A DNA stretch of 32,439 bases from Paraglomus brasilianum (taxonomy: Eukaryota). The DNA is taken from the NCBI GenBank assembly GCA_910592345.1, contig CAJVPI010000376.1:1-32439 (forward strand). Reading direction: 5' to 3'. Position numbers and translations under genes: made by a program. Within the stretch, counting starts at the first letter, position 1; each line of letters opens with the position of its first letter. Below, in pieces: positions 1 through 10,594 of this stretch. Below the pieces are notes generated by a model that was given only the letters and a program-made list of their open reading frames with translations, ran no database searches and was not told the origin of the DNA.

Positions 1-1
1 G

Positions 2-2254
2 AGTGAGTTTGCCAGAATATACTCACTTCCGACACATAATTGTGATAACGATGGCAGTCAATTTAGAAGATACGCAACTTTGCTTAAGAACCGCAACAAA
101 CTCATAATTGGATTTACTCAGTATAAAGCTAACTATTACATGGTTGCTGATAGGCGTTTTTACGATTGTTGCTCTCGATATGGATTCTGCTCTGCATGTG
201 GCATACTCCGATGTAGTCCCGTGTGGTGCATTTGTGGACATAAACAATTATCCGATGGATGGACTAGCAACAATAAGCGACTCGATGAGTTTATTAGGAA
301 ATCTCAAATACAAACCAACTCGGCAAATGATGCCTATTTGGAATGGATTCCCTTCGACTGTATTTATGATATGGGATATCGCCTATTCTATTTAAATGGT
401 CTGCCTATTTTTAATTACATAAAATTGATTACATTTGAGATAACAGATGAGACAGATGATTACAACAAGGTAAACTATTCAATCATGCATCATAGTATTG
501 AATTGTTGGATAATTATTGATTCAAAATAATGTATTATTTCACTAGTTGTGTGATGATTTACCAGATATTCTCTCAAAAGATGTTTGGATTACCATTGGA
601 TATACATATGATGCAAGTGAACAGAAGTATTATCTAATACGAGAAGGTTCTGGAAATGGATTATGTCTGGCATGTACACAACTATGGAATCCTGATATAA
701 ATATAAAGGCATTTTGTTATGAATGTAAAGCACCAAGACCCGTTGATTGGACGACTGGTAACAAGTCTTTGGATTCATTTATTATGGAATCATGGAGTAA
801 TGTAACAATGATAAATAATGCCCATATCCAATGGATTGAATACTCTCTTTTGATGGATGTACAAGAGATAGCATTATTACGACATGGATGCACACATATT
901 GCAGAGTGGTTTAGCAAAATAACAAATGAATGGATAAAAGTGTCACTCAAACCAATAGTTGATGGACAGGATGCTCAGTCATTTGACTTTCATCAGGTAA
1001 ATTATTTCACATGTAAACAGTGCAACAGTATTAACAACTTAAGTGTGTATCATGTATTAAAGGTGTAATTATTGTTTATTTCAATAGCTAACCAAGGAAC
1101 ACCCAGACATATTAACACCAGGTAATATTTGGGTTATTGGTATAACTCAAGAGCCAACTACTCAAGAATATTATTTTGTGTTCTACCATAAAGTGGACAC
1201 AATAATAGAAGTTATACAAGCTCATTTAGATATAAATATACCTCATATGGAGTATGCTGACTTTCATAAAATTAAGGAGATTGGATCTGGTATTTACGGA
1301 ACAGTCTATACTGCTCAATATAAAGACTATTTACAAGAGGATCTGCCAGAAACTGTTGTACTCAAACATTTTAAAAATTCTGATAAAATGCCAGATTTAT
1401 TTATTACTGAGGTAAACAATTGTTGATATGTGTATTGACTCAAAATGATATTTTATCTGATTATTGGTATTCATTTTATTTAATAGCTCAGAACCTATTT
1501 AATAGTAAAGTCTGTTGCTGACTATTATGGTACATATACATATTCCAATCCAATTTATGGAGTCATGCAAAATCCAGAAACAAAAGAGTACATAATTGTT
1601 GTGCATTATGCTAATTGTGGTAGTCTCTTGTCTTATTTGGAAGAAAACTTTAGCAGGCTGACATGGAAGATGAGGTTATATTATTTGAAGAATATTGCAT
1701 GTTATTTGCATATTATGCATAATGCAGAAATTGTGCATTGTGATCTTCATGGTGGAAACATAGGTTTGACTTACTGGATTGAAGAAGATGATGGAAAAGT
1801 TATATTAGAAAATACTGGTGCACACATATGCAATTTTGGTCACTCACAATCAGTGAATTCACATGGGTCAAAGTCAACCATTCAAGGTGTTTTACCCTCT
1901 ATTGCACCAGAAGTTTTCCATACTTGTAAATTTACGAAGAAGTCTGACATATATTCTTTTGGTATTGTTATGTATTTGATGGCCACTGGTGAATCACCAT
2001 TTAAAGATAGATTATTTGATAAAGATTTATTATGTGATATCATGGGTGGACTACGACCACTGATGCCTGATTCTACACCAGAGGAATATAAGAAACTTGC
2101 TGAGGTGTGTTGGGATGCTGATCCTGACAAGCGTCCAGATGCAGATAAACTCGAAGATATTTCCAATGTACTATATGATAAATCTGACATATGGGATCAT
2201 AATAATGTGAGACCCTCATGTCTGGAGAAGGAAAATGAATATTCTAGTATATAG
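2..2254 (+). CDS. Tyrosine-kinase-like (TKL) protein kinase of the Glomeromycotina-expanded type, 5' end outside window; probable pseudokinase or decaying copy
   Basis: Exons <2-469, 547-996, 1088-1411, 1487-2254 are joined in frame by three phase-0 GT-AG introns. Motifs: WTSNN..LDEFI..LEWIPF and WTTGN..LDSFI..IQWIEY repeats, GSGIYG glycine loop, VVLK, HCDLHGGN, ICNFG (DFG position), IAPE, SDIYSFG, CWDADPDKRP. Confidence 0.85.
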
Positions 2255-2578
2255 TAAGCTCTTACCTACTGGGGAATTATCTATGCTGGGAAACAGTTAT
2301 GATCCACTTGCATGTATGAAGACAAGATCTGGTTAATGTGTTGATATTAAATAAGGTCATTTTACAATATTAACATCAGCCATTTATCTTAATATGCTTA
2401 TGTTGCTTATTTTTTGTGGTTATCATGGCTTTTTTTGACGCCTCTAGTGACTCATAAACTTGTAGTTTATGCAAACTTATTATCTGCAAATAAAATAAAC
2501 AATTCATGCATGACATTTATTAGTAATTTTAATAAAGGACACACAAATTTTATGCTGCCAATTGTAAACGACAAGCTA

Positions 2579-4286
2579 CCATATTTCTCTGACTAAAGTA
2601 CCCTGCAAGCAAAATACCCCTCAGCAGTTTTGAGGCCTGATTTTGTAAAAGACTGGGTACTATTCTCAAAGAAATAAATATAATCAAGTAAAATACCCGG
2701 GTATTATAAACAAATAATTTTATGCAAAGTACCCCCCTAATTTTATTTGTCAATATTAATAGCCATCTACCATATATTCTCATATAATATATCATCCTCA
2801 TAAACGTCTCCATCAATATTACTAGTTATATCAATCACATTTTCTTTCTCCTCCTCCAACTCTGTTGCTAACTCCTCTTCTACACTAGCATAATCAAATA
2901 CCAGATCATCTTCAGAGCCATCCATATCTACAGATAAACCACAACACTTAAACAATCATTTAATTAATTTTGGATTCACAGAATCCCATGTGCATTTAAC
3001 CCAATTTGCTATAATAGAATAAGAAGGCTTGCGGATATGTCCAGAAGGAGTCAACTAATGTGTTTTACAACTGATCCACTCACTATAAAACATCCGAACC
3101 TACATAATAATTATTATAACCAAATATTAAGTAAAATCGTTTGCAATTAAACAAATAAACAAATTCTGCAATAAACTTGAAAACCTTATCCTTAAAGCTT
3201 TTGTTGATGGCCACATCAAGTGGTTGGACTTTGCTTGTCAGACCACCAGGAATCACAGCCAAATGTGTCTGCTTATTAGTGAATTCTTTGACAATATAAT
3301 CAAGTGTATGACCACAGAATCAAAAAAGAGTTTGGGTTCCCAAAAGGATCGCGCTTACTCCAAACATTGTTAATCCAATATAACATCTCAGCTCCATTGC
3401 ACCAGCCCTTTTCATTCACTCTAACATGAATGCCCTGAGGTAAAGTTTCACGAGAAATATTAGTACCATCTGCAAGACATGCTAGAATGACTGTAAACCA
3501 ACTTTTTTCGTGTCCTGTAATTCTAATGTTAACAGACTTTGCACCGCGCTTTTCGAGAGTGGTAGAATAAGGTAAATCAAAAGAAAGTGAAGTTTCATCC
3601 ATATTACCAATATATTGCAAGGGAAATTTATGTTCACGACGCATATATAATACATAACTCAAGAAATACTGTTGTTTATCAATCAAATCTTCCGGTAAAT
3701 GCTGAGCAACAGTAGTCCGACGTCTATTTGATAGATTTGCACGAAACAGAAATCTATCCAACCAGCCAATAGAGAACTTGAAGTGAATGATATCCGGATA
3801 GAGAGAACGAAATTCTTCTTCCTGAGATAGCAATTTTGCCCTATGAAGAACCATATTGCGGGTTACGGCATTCCCTTTTTTACGAAGCTCTGAATACCAT
3901 TCAACTAATCTTTTTTCAAGCACAGGATATTTGGCAGGACGTCCACCATGAACCTTCAAGATGTGAGCTGCGGCTTTCTGAAGATTTCTTTTCTTATTTT
4001 GCCACTCACGTACTTGCTTAGGTTGAATATCAAACTTCCTGGCAGTGCTCTTTATACTATGACCGCGCTCTAAATAATGTACAACCATTAATTTCTCCCG
4101 AACACACCATGAACGACGAACCTTATTGCTTAATCGTGCTCTGCGAACAGTGTTTGTTGTCATGGTGTTTTGCTGACGAGAATGTTGCCAACTGATTTCG
4201 TTATATATATACACTACCAATCAGATATATGCACTACAAAATACCCCCCCAATAGTACCAGGGGTACTTGAGTCGGAGAAATACGG
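2579..4286 (-). mobile_element. pogo-type (IS630-Tc1-mariner) DNA transposon, full length (~1.7 kb), inactivated
   Basis: Left TIR CCATATTTCTCTGACTAAAGTACCCTG (2579-2605) matches the reverse complement of right TIR 4259-4286 (CCGTATTTCTCCGACTCAAGTACCCCTG). TA flanks both ends (2577-78, 4287-88). Subterminal AAA(A/G)TACCC repeats lie at ~2612, 2691, 2726 and 4238. Confidence 0.92.
2767..4220 (-). pseudogene. pogo/POGK-like transposase pseudogene (Brinker-type DBD, CENP-B HTH, DDE_1, acidic tail)
   Basis: ORF 3300-4220 gives RRSW..REKL, FKFSIGWLDRF, NMDET, TGHEK and EKGWCN. After a frameshift at SFLIL it continues GH..AVIPGGLTSKVQPLDVAINKSFKDK, then an intron (3100-3184), then LTPSGHIRKPSY..WV..W..FKCCGLS.DMDGSEDD. 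The second catalytic Asp region is deleted and two in-frame stops are present. Confidence 0.88.
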
Positions 4287-5052
4287 TAATCGCATGCAGA
4301 TTAATTTGTATTAGCATTTTTATACTAAATGACGAAAAGAGTCAACAGCAGCGATGTGATGTCATTTAATGCAGTAATTGATCAATTTTTGTAAATATTG
4401 TCATATGTAGTATTTTAAACGTACTATAAATTAACGTACTCAGTCTCGTCAGTAAGTCAACTTATTAAATAGTGAAGACAAGGAAACCAAACGAACTTGG
4501 ACTATTACTATGTGATTAGAAGTGAGCTGTAACTTGTGCATTATTATGCAAGGACGCGTTTCAACAGTTAGTCTAGTTATTATAAAGTAAGAATATGTGT
4601 TGATATAATTCCGTATTCAAACCAAATCAATAAAGCATTATTTTAAAACAACGCCGTCCAACAACAATCAATAGGGCAAGTTTCTAGTTGAGATAATGTT
4701 TATTCTTCTGCTATACATTAACGATTCATGATACCAATACAACAAATGTTGAGATAACGTTCGACATTACGGCAGAATCCATCTATGTTTGAGGCTAAAT
4801 GTTCGGTATTGTATTGTAAATTGGTTATTGCTAATAAATAAAAGAACAGCTAACAGCTATGTGTATTCCTCCTAATATTAAAGATCCAATCACTGATCAC
4901 TGAATACCAGTATTGAACAAGATAATTTTATGACCTGATTTTATGACCCGATTTTATTTATGGCTAGATTTTATTGCGTCGTCGCCTAACCAAATGAAGC
5001 AAATGATCGACTTATCCCGCACAAATATGGCATAATTTTTTTTTAATACGTA

Positions 5053-5227
5053 ACGGGATATAAACGAGGTTAGATAGCTATAAAATTGGGAAATTGAGAG
5101 TTGGGATCTGAGTGGGATACAACCAAGGTATATATATTTATATGGAATTGGAACAGGGAAAATTCGTCCGGCGTTGCAGCTGAGGTTGGGATATAACTGA
5201 AGGGGATATAACTGAGGTATGACTGTA
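5053..5227. mobile_element. Orphan end of a Tc1/pogo-type TIR element or MITE
   Basis: Ends ...GGGATATAACTGAGGTATGACTG|TA (5225, TA 5226-27), i.e. a CAGTC-type terminus. Four GGGATA(T/C)AA subterminal repeats lie at ~5054, 5114, 5188 and 5203. No partner TIR was found in the window. Confidence 0.55.
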
Positions 5228-5353
5228 TACGCATAGATAGTATACGCACAGGTTTCGTTTCGGGAAATCGAAATGTACACAAAGATAAAAAGATTTAACT
5301 GGCCAGAGATGTAATACAGAAGTCACGCAACAATTTCTTTATAATCAGAGCCC

Positions 5354-5389
5354 CGTGTAACTTTTTTACGTGTAACTTTTTTACGTGTA
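5354..5389. repeat. Perfect 15-bp tandem duplication (CGTGTAACTTTTTTA x2.4) just upstream of the ATG at 5412
   Basis: Read directly: 5354-5368, 5369-5383, partial 5384-5389. Confidence 0.85.
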
Positions 5390-5411
5390 TCTTGCTTTTG
5401 CTTTTCACTCA

Positions 5412-7928
5412 ATGTCCGCTGAACTAGATTTGTCAATTAAGTCATATTTCGATAGTACGCCTGTTTCATTATGGTCGTATTTGGGTTTTCTAAAGACATT
5501 GAAATCTTATTGCATCTCGAAAGAATATTTGCTGGACGATCTAAAGTCCATTTGGAGGAAGCGATATATAAACTTTCTAAGTAACTTTCTTGAGAAAGAA
5601 CATGATAATGATATCAAAAATCGTGTAACTATTCTGATTCGACAGGTTCGTCAAATTTCTGTTTATTGCGTTTCATCTATAAATCGTTGTCGGTGAGTTC
5701 TGTGCAACCTATGAGGGGTGCCGTCCTCTCTGTGGTATGGGGTGCCGTTCCTCAGCACTGTATCTCACGATCTTCTCTGCTGTTGCACGGCCTAGGGAGG
5801 GTGCCGTCCTTCTCGAGGTGTGGGGTGCCGTTCCTCCAGAAAGATTATGTTATGTTAAATATATTAAACACACACTATTTTCTTGATTCATATTTGCTAA
5901 CTGCTTTCTATTCCCGAGTTTATTAGAAGCATCCACCTGAAGAAGAGAGTTTTTGGGATGGTGTCAAAATAGAGAGAGAGTTGATGATAAAAGAGGTATG
6001 TATGACTTTTAATAGTCTTCCTTAAAGTATTCAACAATTTTGATTTTAACATGATCAATTGGCAATTTTCAGGATATTTTCGATAAGAAATCGCAGATAG
6101 AAGCGTTGGATGTGCTCTGCGTTTCTCGTAGCCAGAAATCTAATGAGTATGTTAATAAAGTAAATTCACGCCTACTGAAACAAGCTGAGATATCAAGAGA
6201 GAAAGAAGTGGGTACCATAATAGGACAAAAGCGATCTTACGAGGAAGACTTACCTTCGACACCACCGGGCAAGGTCCGAATATAACTTATTATTTAGTTT
6301 TCAGACATGTCTTTTAACCCTTTTGAAATACATGCGCAGATCAGAACAATCAGTACGGAAGTGGATAACGATTTAGCGTTCAGTGACGAGACAAACATCG
6401 CTAATAGCGAGGGTGATGATTTGTCTCCCGATGACGAAATTGATGATGTATCAGCTGAAGTCCAACAGTTTATTGCGAAAATGAAGAGAGTGAAGCACCG
6501 TCTTTTTGATTATCATATTGTCAACCTTTCTGAGCAGAATCAAATGGACCCAGTTAACAAAACCTTTACAGACGATGAGAAGAAAACGATGAGAAAATTC
6601 TGGGAACTTGTACGTACTAATTACCTAATACTAAAGCTTTTTTACATTTAATCAATTGTAATCTTTGTTAATTCTTGTAGGGTGAGCCATCGGCTGAAGA
6701 GAAATTAAACACTTTACGTCGATCAAAATGGGATAACAGCATAAAACAACTTGTTAATAAATATACGTCTGCAGTTGAGCTCAGATCGATTTTTGACGAA
6801 GAAGAATCGCCATCAGAGATTATTTTTGAAAGGCCGTTTAAAGGAAAGCTTGTATTTAGGACTCATTATGACCTGTTGTGGATTCAGGACGTTTATAAGC
6901 GATTGTAGGCAAAGAATTAATGAATAAATAATATTCGATCGCGCAATCATATTATTATAGTCAGCTAACACATCTTCATTCTATTTAGTATACTCCTATT
7001 TGCCATGCCATTCAATGCACTTCTTGATCCGGATGCAACTGAGTTTGCATATAGGGAATCATTCGTCAATCCAATCATTCCTAAAGCATTCGACGATGTG
7101 AGCGCTACTATCAGATTTAAAACGTATGTTGTTAAAAAAAAATATTCATTAGATTTATATAGTCTCTAATGTATTATGTTATGTTTAACCGTTGATTAGC
7201 GGGGAGGTGGAAAGTACCTTGCGAAAACAGCACAGAGACGAGACTAAAGGGCAAAAGCCGCGTGTCAACGTCGGGACGAACCATGACGGAATCCTCAAGA
7301 TCTGCATGAATGCTAAAGAAATAGAAGTGGGTTTTTTGGAGGTCGTGGGAAATGCAGTGTTGGTGGATGTGACCAAACACCATAATGTCATGGATAAGTT
7401 ACTTAAAGGTCTGCATTATTATTTCGAGGCTTTCCATGGTAAAACTATAAATTTAGTTGTTTCGATTTATTTTGCTAGCAATGCAAATATCGATCTTTTA
7501 CCAAAGACGGTATCATCTGCAACGCAACGCAACAGAAGAACAGCTTGAATGCATCCAGAGTTATGGAGTGCTTGTATATCGTATGTAAGACATTGTGTTG
7601 CATTTGTTGCTGATTGACTAATTCTAATAATTAACCATTCACTTAGAGCGTGAAACAACAATTTATACAATGCATTTCAAAGGAGGATTGCATATTGTTG
7701 ACATTCTCACAAGTTTCATAATCCCAGACAATGCTGACCAAGCATATGTATTGGCCGAAATTATGGAAAAGGTGTATTTTTTTAAGGTATCTATCTAGTT
7801 ATTTTACCTGAAGCGCTTTCCAAAATATCTTTTAACTCTGGCTCAATCATTCGCCGCAGAGTCGGGTAATGGATTACTGTTTAAAATTGCAAAAAATATC
7901 GCGAAATGTTCAGAATTATATTCCTTAA
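5412..7928 (+). CDS. Uncharacterised ~550-aa protein with C-terminal putative PD-(D/E)xK (restriction-endonuclease-fold) domain, Crinkler/REase-like
   Basis: Ten exons (5412-5645, 5927-5995, 6073-6273, 6340-6609, 6681-6904, 6989-7123, 7200-7408, 7479-7580, 7647-7786, 7860-7928) are all GT-AG and frame-consistent (1653 nt). C-terminal pattern: TEFAYRESFVNP..GEVES..GTNHDGIL..EVGFLEVVG..DKLLKAM. The gene model is strong; the function is inferred. Confidence 0.7.
5713..5839. repeat. GC-rich intronic repeat: four GGGTGCCGT(C/T)C copies arranged as two duplicated units
   Basis: GAGGGGTGCCGTCCTCTCTGTGGTATGGGGTGCCGTTCCTCAG (5713-5755) versus GGAGGGTGCCGTCCTTCTCGAGGTGTGGGGTGCCGTTCCTCCAG (5796-5839), inside the 281-nt intron 5646-5926. 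Confidence 0.85.
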
Positions 7929-8559
7929 AAGAGGGAAAACAAAATATTGATATGATGATTTTACTTAAGAGGTAATTGCTGAAGAACTTTTTTTTTCCTG
8001 GAATGAAAACCCTTTTCTCACTATTTTCAAAAAGTAACAGAGAATAACAGATTACTACAACATTATCTATTCCGATAACTTTCTTTTTTCTTGAATCCAA
8101 GAGGAAAAAAAGTTTTCCTGTTGTCAAAAATAATATTTGAGTAACTTCTTGTATATCAAATATTTCGGATTAGGCTACTCTACTCTTTACAAGTCAAGTG
8201 AACCTCTTAATTAATACAGACATGAATTCTTCAAGTCAATTGGGCATAGTAATAGGTAAAAGGTTGTGATAGTTTATGAAATACAAAATATTTTGCTTTA
8301 CTATTCTGGATACAGTTGAAGAAATTAATAAATAGTAAACTTTTATGGGTCATGTGACTTTTTTTCTTATAATTATATGGCTTGTCATGTATGTGAATAA
8401 GCACACACGAATGATCACAGTAACCACAATGTATTGTATTTGTGCACGTGCCTTGCACAACACTTCTTGCATGTTGTTTGCTGACAAATATAAGTAAACG
8501 TTTTGTTTGTAGCCACTAGAGAGTATATAAGCAGGTACAGGAAACTTAAAGAAACCAAC

Positions 8560-8750
8560 ATTCCAGCAGAAATGATAGTTAAGTTCTTTGAAAAATGCGG
8601 CATTTCCAATGCTTTAGATGGCTCAGAAAATGGTTCAATTAGAGCGGAAGGTAATGAGGATTAAGAACATATTGTAGTAATATTGGAGGATATCAATGGA
8701 AACAAGGAGAACGAAGATTTTTGATAAAACTGATCAGGGGGGGGCTTATG
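8560..8750 (+). pseudogene. C-terminal fragment of a second pogo-type transposase
   Basis: 8560-8664 translates IPAEMIVKFFEKCGISNALDGSENG, the same C-terminal motif as FKCCGLSVDMDGSEDD in the element at 2579-4286. It is followed by an acidic-coding stretch and a G-run (8737-8745) resembling a subterminal region. Confidence 0.7.
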
Positions 8751-10594
8751 AATCAAAATTTTGTACTAGTTCTAACATACCTAATATATAATACCCAACA
8801 TGCTACTTACTGACTGCTTGTAGCAAATTATTTTTCCTCCAAGTTGCTTTTCATCCACTACTTGTCATTTATGCTAAATAAACCCTTTTACGAAAAGAAT
8901 CTTTCACTGTTTAACAGCCAGCAAACAAAATATATAGTTTTTTCCTGTTGCATGATCTGGTTTTTTCTTAACACCACGATGCCATTAATAGTCGAGATGA
9001 ATACGTCGAAGGCGTGTCTGAGGAGAGGTTATAAACATTGGCATTAACATTGGAGTGGAGAAGAGTTAATATTAGCCATTTAATATTAATGCAGGCACAA
9101 CTGATTTTTTTGTTACGAGCGAGTTCATGTAATACGAAAAAAACATTAACACAAGTGGTCTGATATATATTAACTTTATACCTATATCGATATTACTCTA
9201 GATTTAAGAAATAAAATTGGGTGATTTAAAAAATACTACAATAGCATTTGATAAAAAGCATTGAATGTTAGTGTTCTGACCAATCGCAATAAACTCAATG
9301 TCATGTCACTATTTTATTTATTTATTCATTTCTATGTATTAGTATGAATGGATAACCAAGAGACCATGTTTTCATTATGTTGGGACAATTTGCGAGTTTT
9401 GTTTTTTTTTTATTTAGAGTTCGAATATGAATTGCAAAAAACGAAATAACATAGATAAGACACTTTGACACATGGTATTTGGTCAATATTGTCTGTATTA
9501 TTCTTTAATATTAAAACTAATTGAAGATTTACTAGAGCGAGAACCAAAGCCATTAATGAGTATCCCTATACTTTAGTTGTGCTAGTGAACCTATGCTATA
9601 TGTCATTGGTAATAATATTAACACATTCGTCTTCACTCCTCTAATTTCTTTGACCATTTTTCTTGAGAATTGGCCTTTTAGAATAAAGGCAATAATGCCT
9701 TTTCTTTCATGTGGTTTGTGGAATTTTATAACCACTTTGTTAAATAAACTGAGTCCAGCTCCTTGATTTTATCGCCTGCAAAAGCATTTGAATTATAATG
9801 TGGACTTGATATTGATTGTGAGTTTTATAATATATAGCAAAGTACCAGTGATAAGCATGATCAAAAGTAGCAGTCTGCAGAACATTCCAATAGTAATAGT
9901 GTATGCGAGCATTTTGAGCTGATTCTTGTAATGAAAATATGGTGAAATGGTGTTGGTTTATAACTAATCTTCAGTTTGTCAAACACCAATCAGAATCATT
10001 AATATTAAACATCACGGATTTGAAACAAACAGTTAGGTTAGTATGTACAAAAACTTCAATAGTAATTGGTGCCTCACTTTTAGTAAAGTGCAAATTAATA
10101 TTAGAACAGAACTGTAGAACCCCTTAAAGAAAAACTGGGGTCAGATAAGTTTGTGGCATTTAGCAATTTGGACTCTGGAATCTTTCTGTGGTGTAATGTT
10201 CATGTCTGCCCATATTAATATGTTATTTGCTTGTTATTCCTCTAAATTACAATAAATACTCTTTTATTTTTGGGGAAATTTTCAATAGTCAAAAAAACAG
10301 AAATTAAAATGGCATACTTTGATAGCATAACCAATGTTAATGTGCTTAATGCTGAACTGAGCAAATCAATACCAGCACTATATCTCTAAGCCTAACACAA
10401 ATGTCTACTCAACTTGTGTTGCAGCTGAGGGTACCACTATGTGTATTATTATTATACAAAACTAGAAATTTAGTTATGCCTGTCCCAGCTTCATCAGGCA
10501 AGAAGAGATGCCATTTACTAAGGTAATAAACCAAACTGAAATATGAAACATGATATAAATACTCAATGCTAGTGTGTAATATATGCTGGAAGCC

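Noticed and set aside
4954..5326. Three overlapping minus-strand ORFs
   Set aside because: They are translations of the TIR and subterminal repeats, not genes.
5713..5839. CRISPR-like or HDV-ribozyme reading of the GGGTGCCGT repeats
   Set aside because: Repeats are ~12 bp with irregular spacing in a eukaryotic intron with no cas genes, and I could not build the nested double pseudoknot of HDV-like ribozymes. Kept only as an unexplained repeat.
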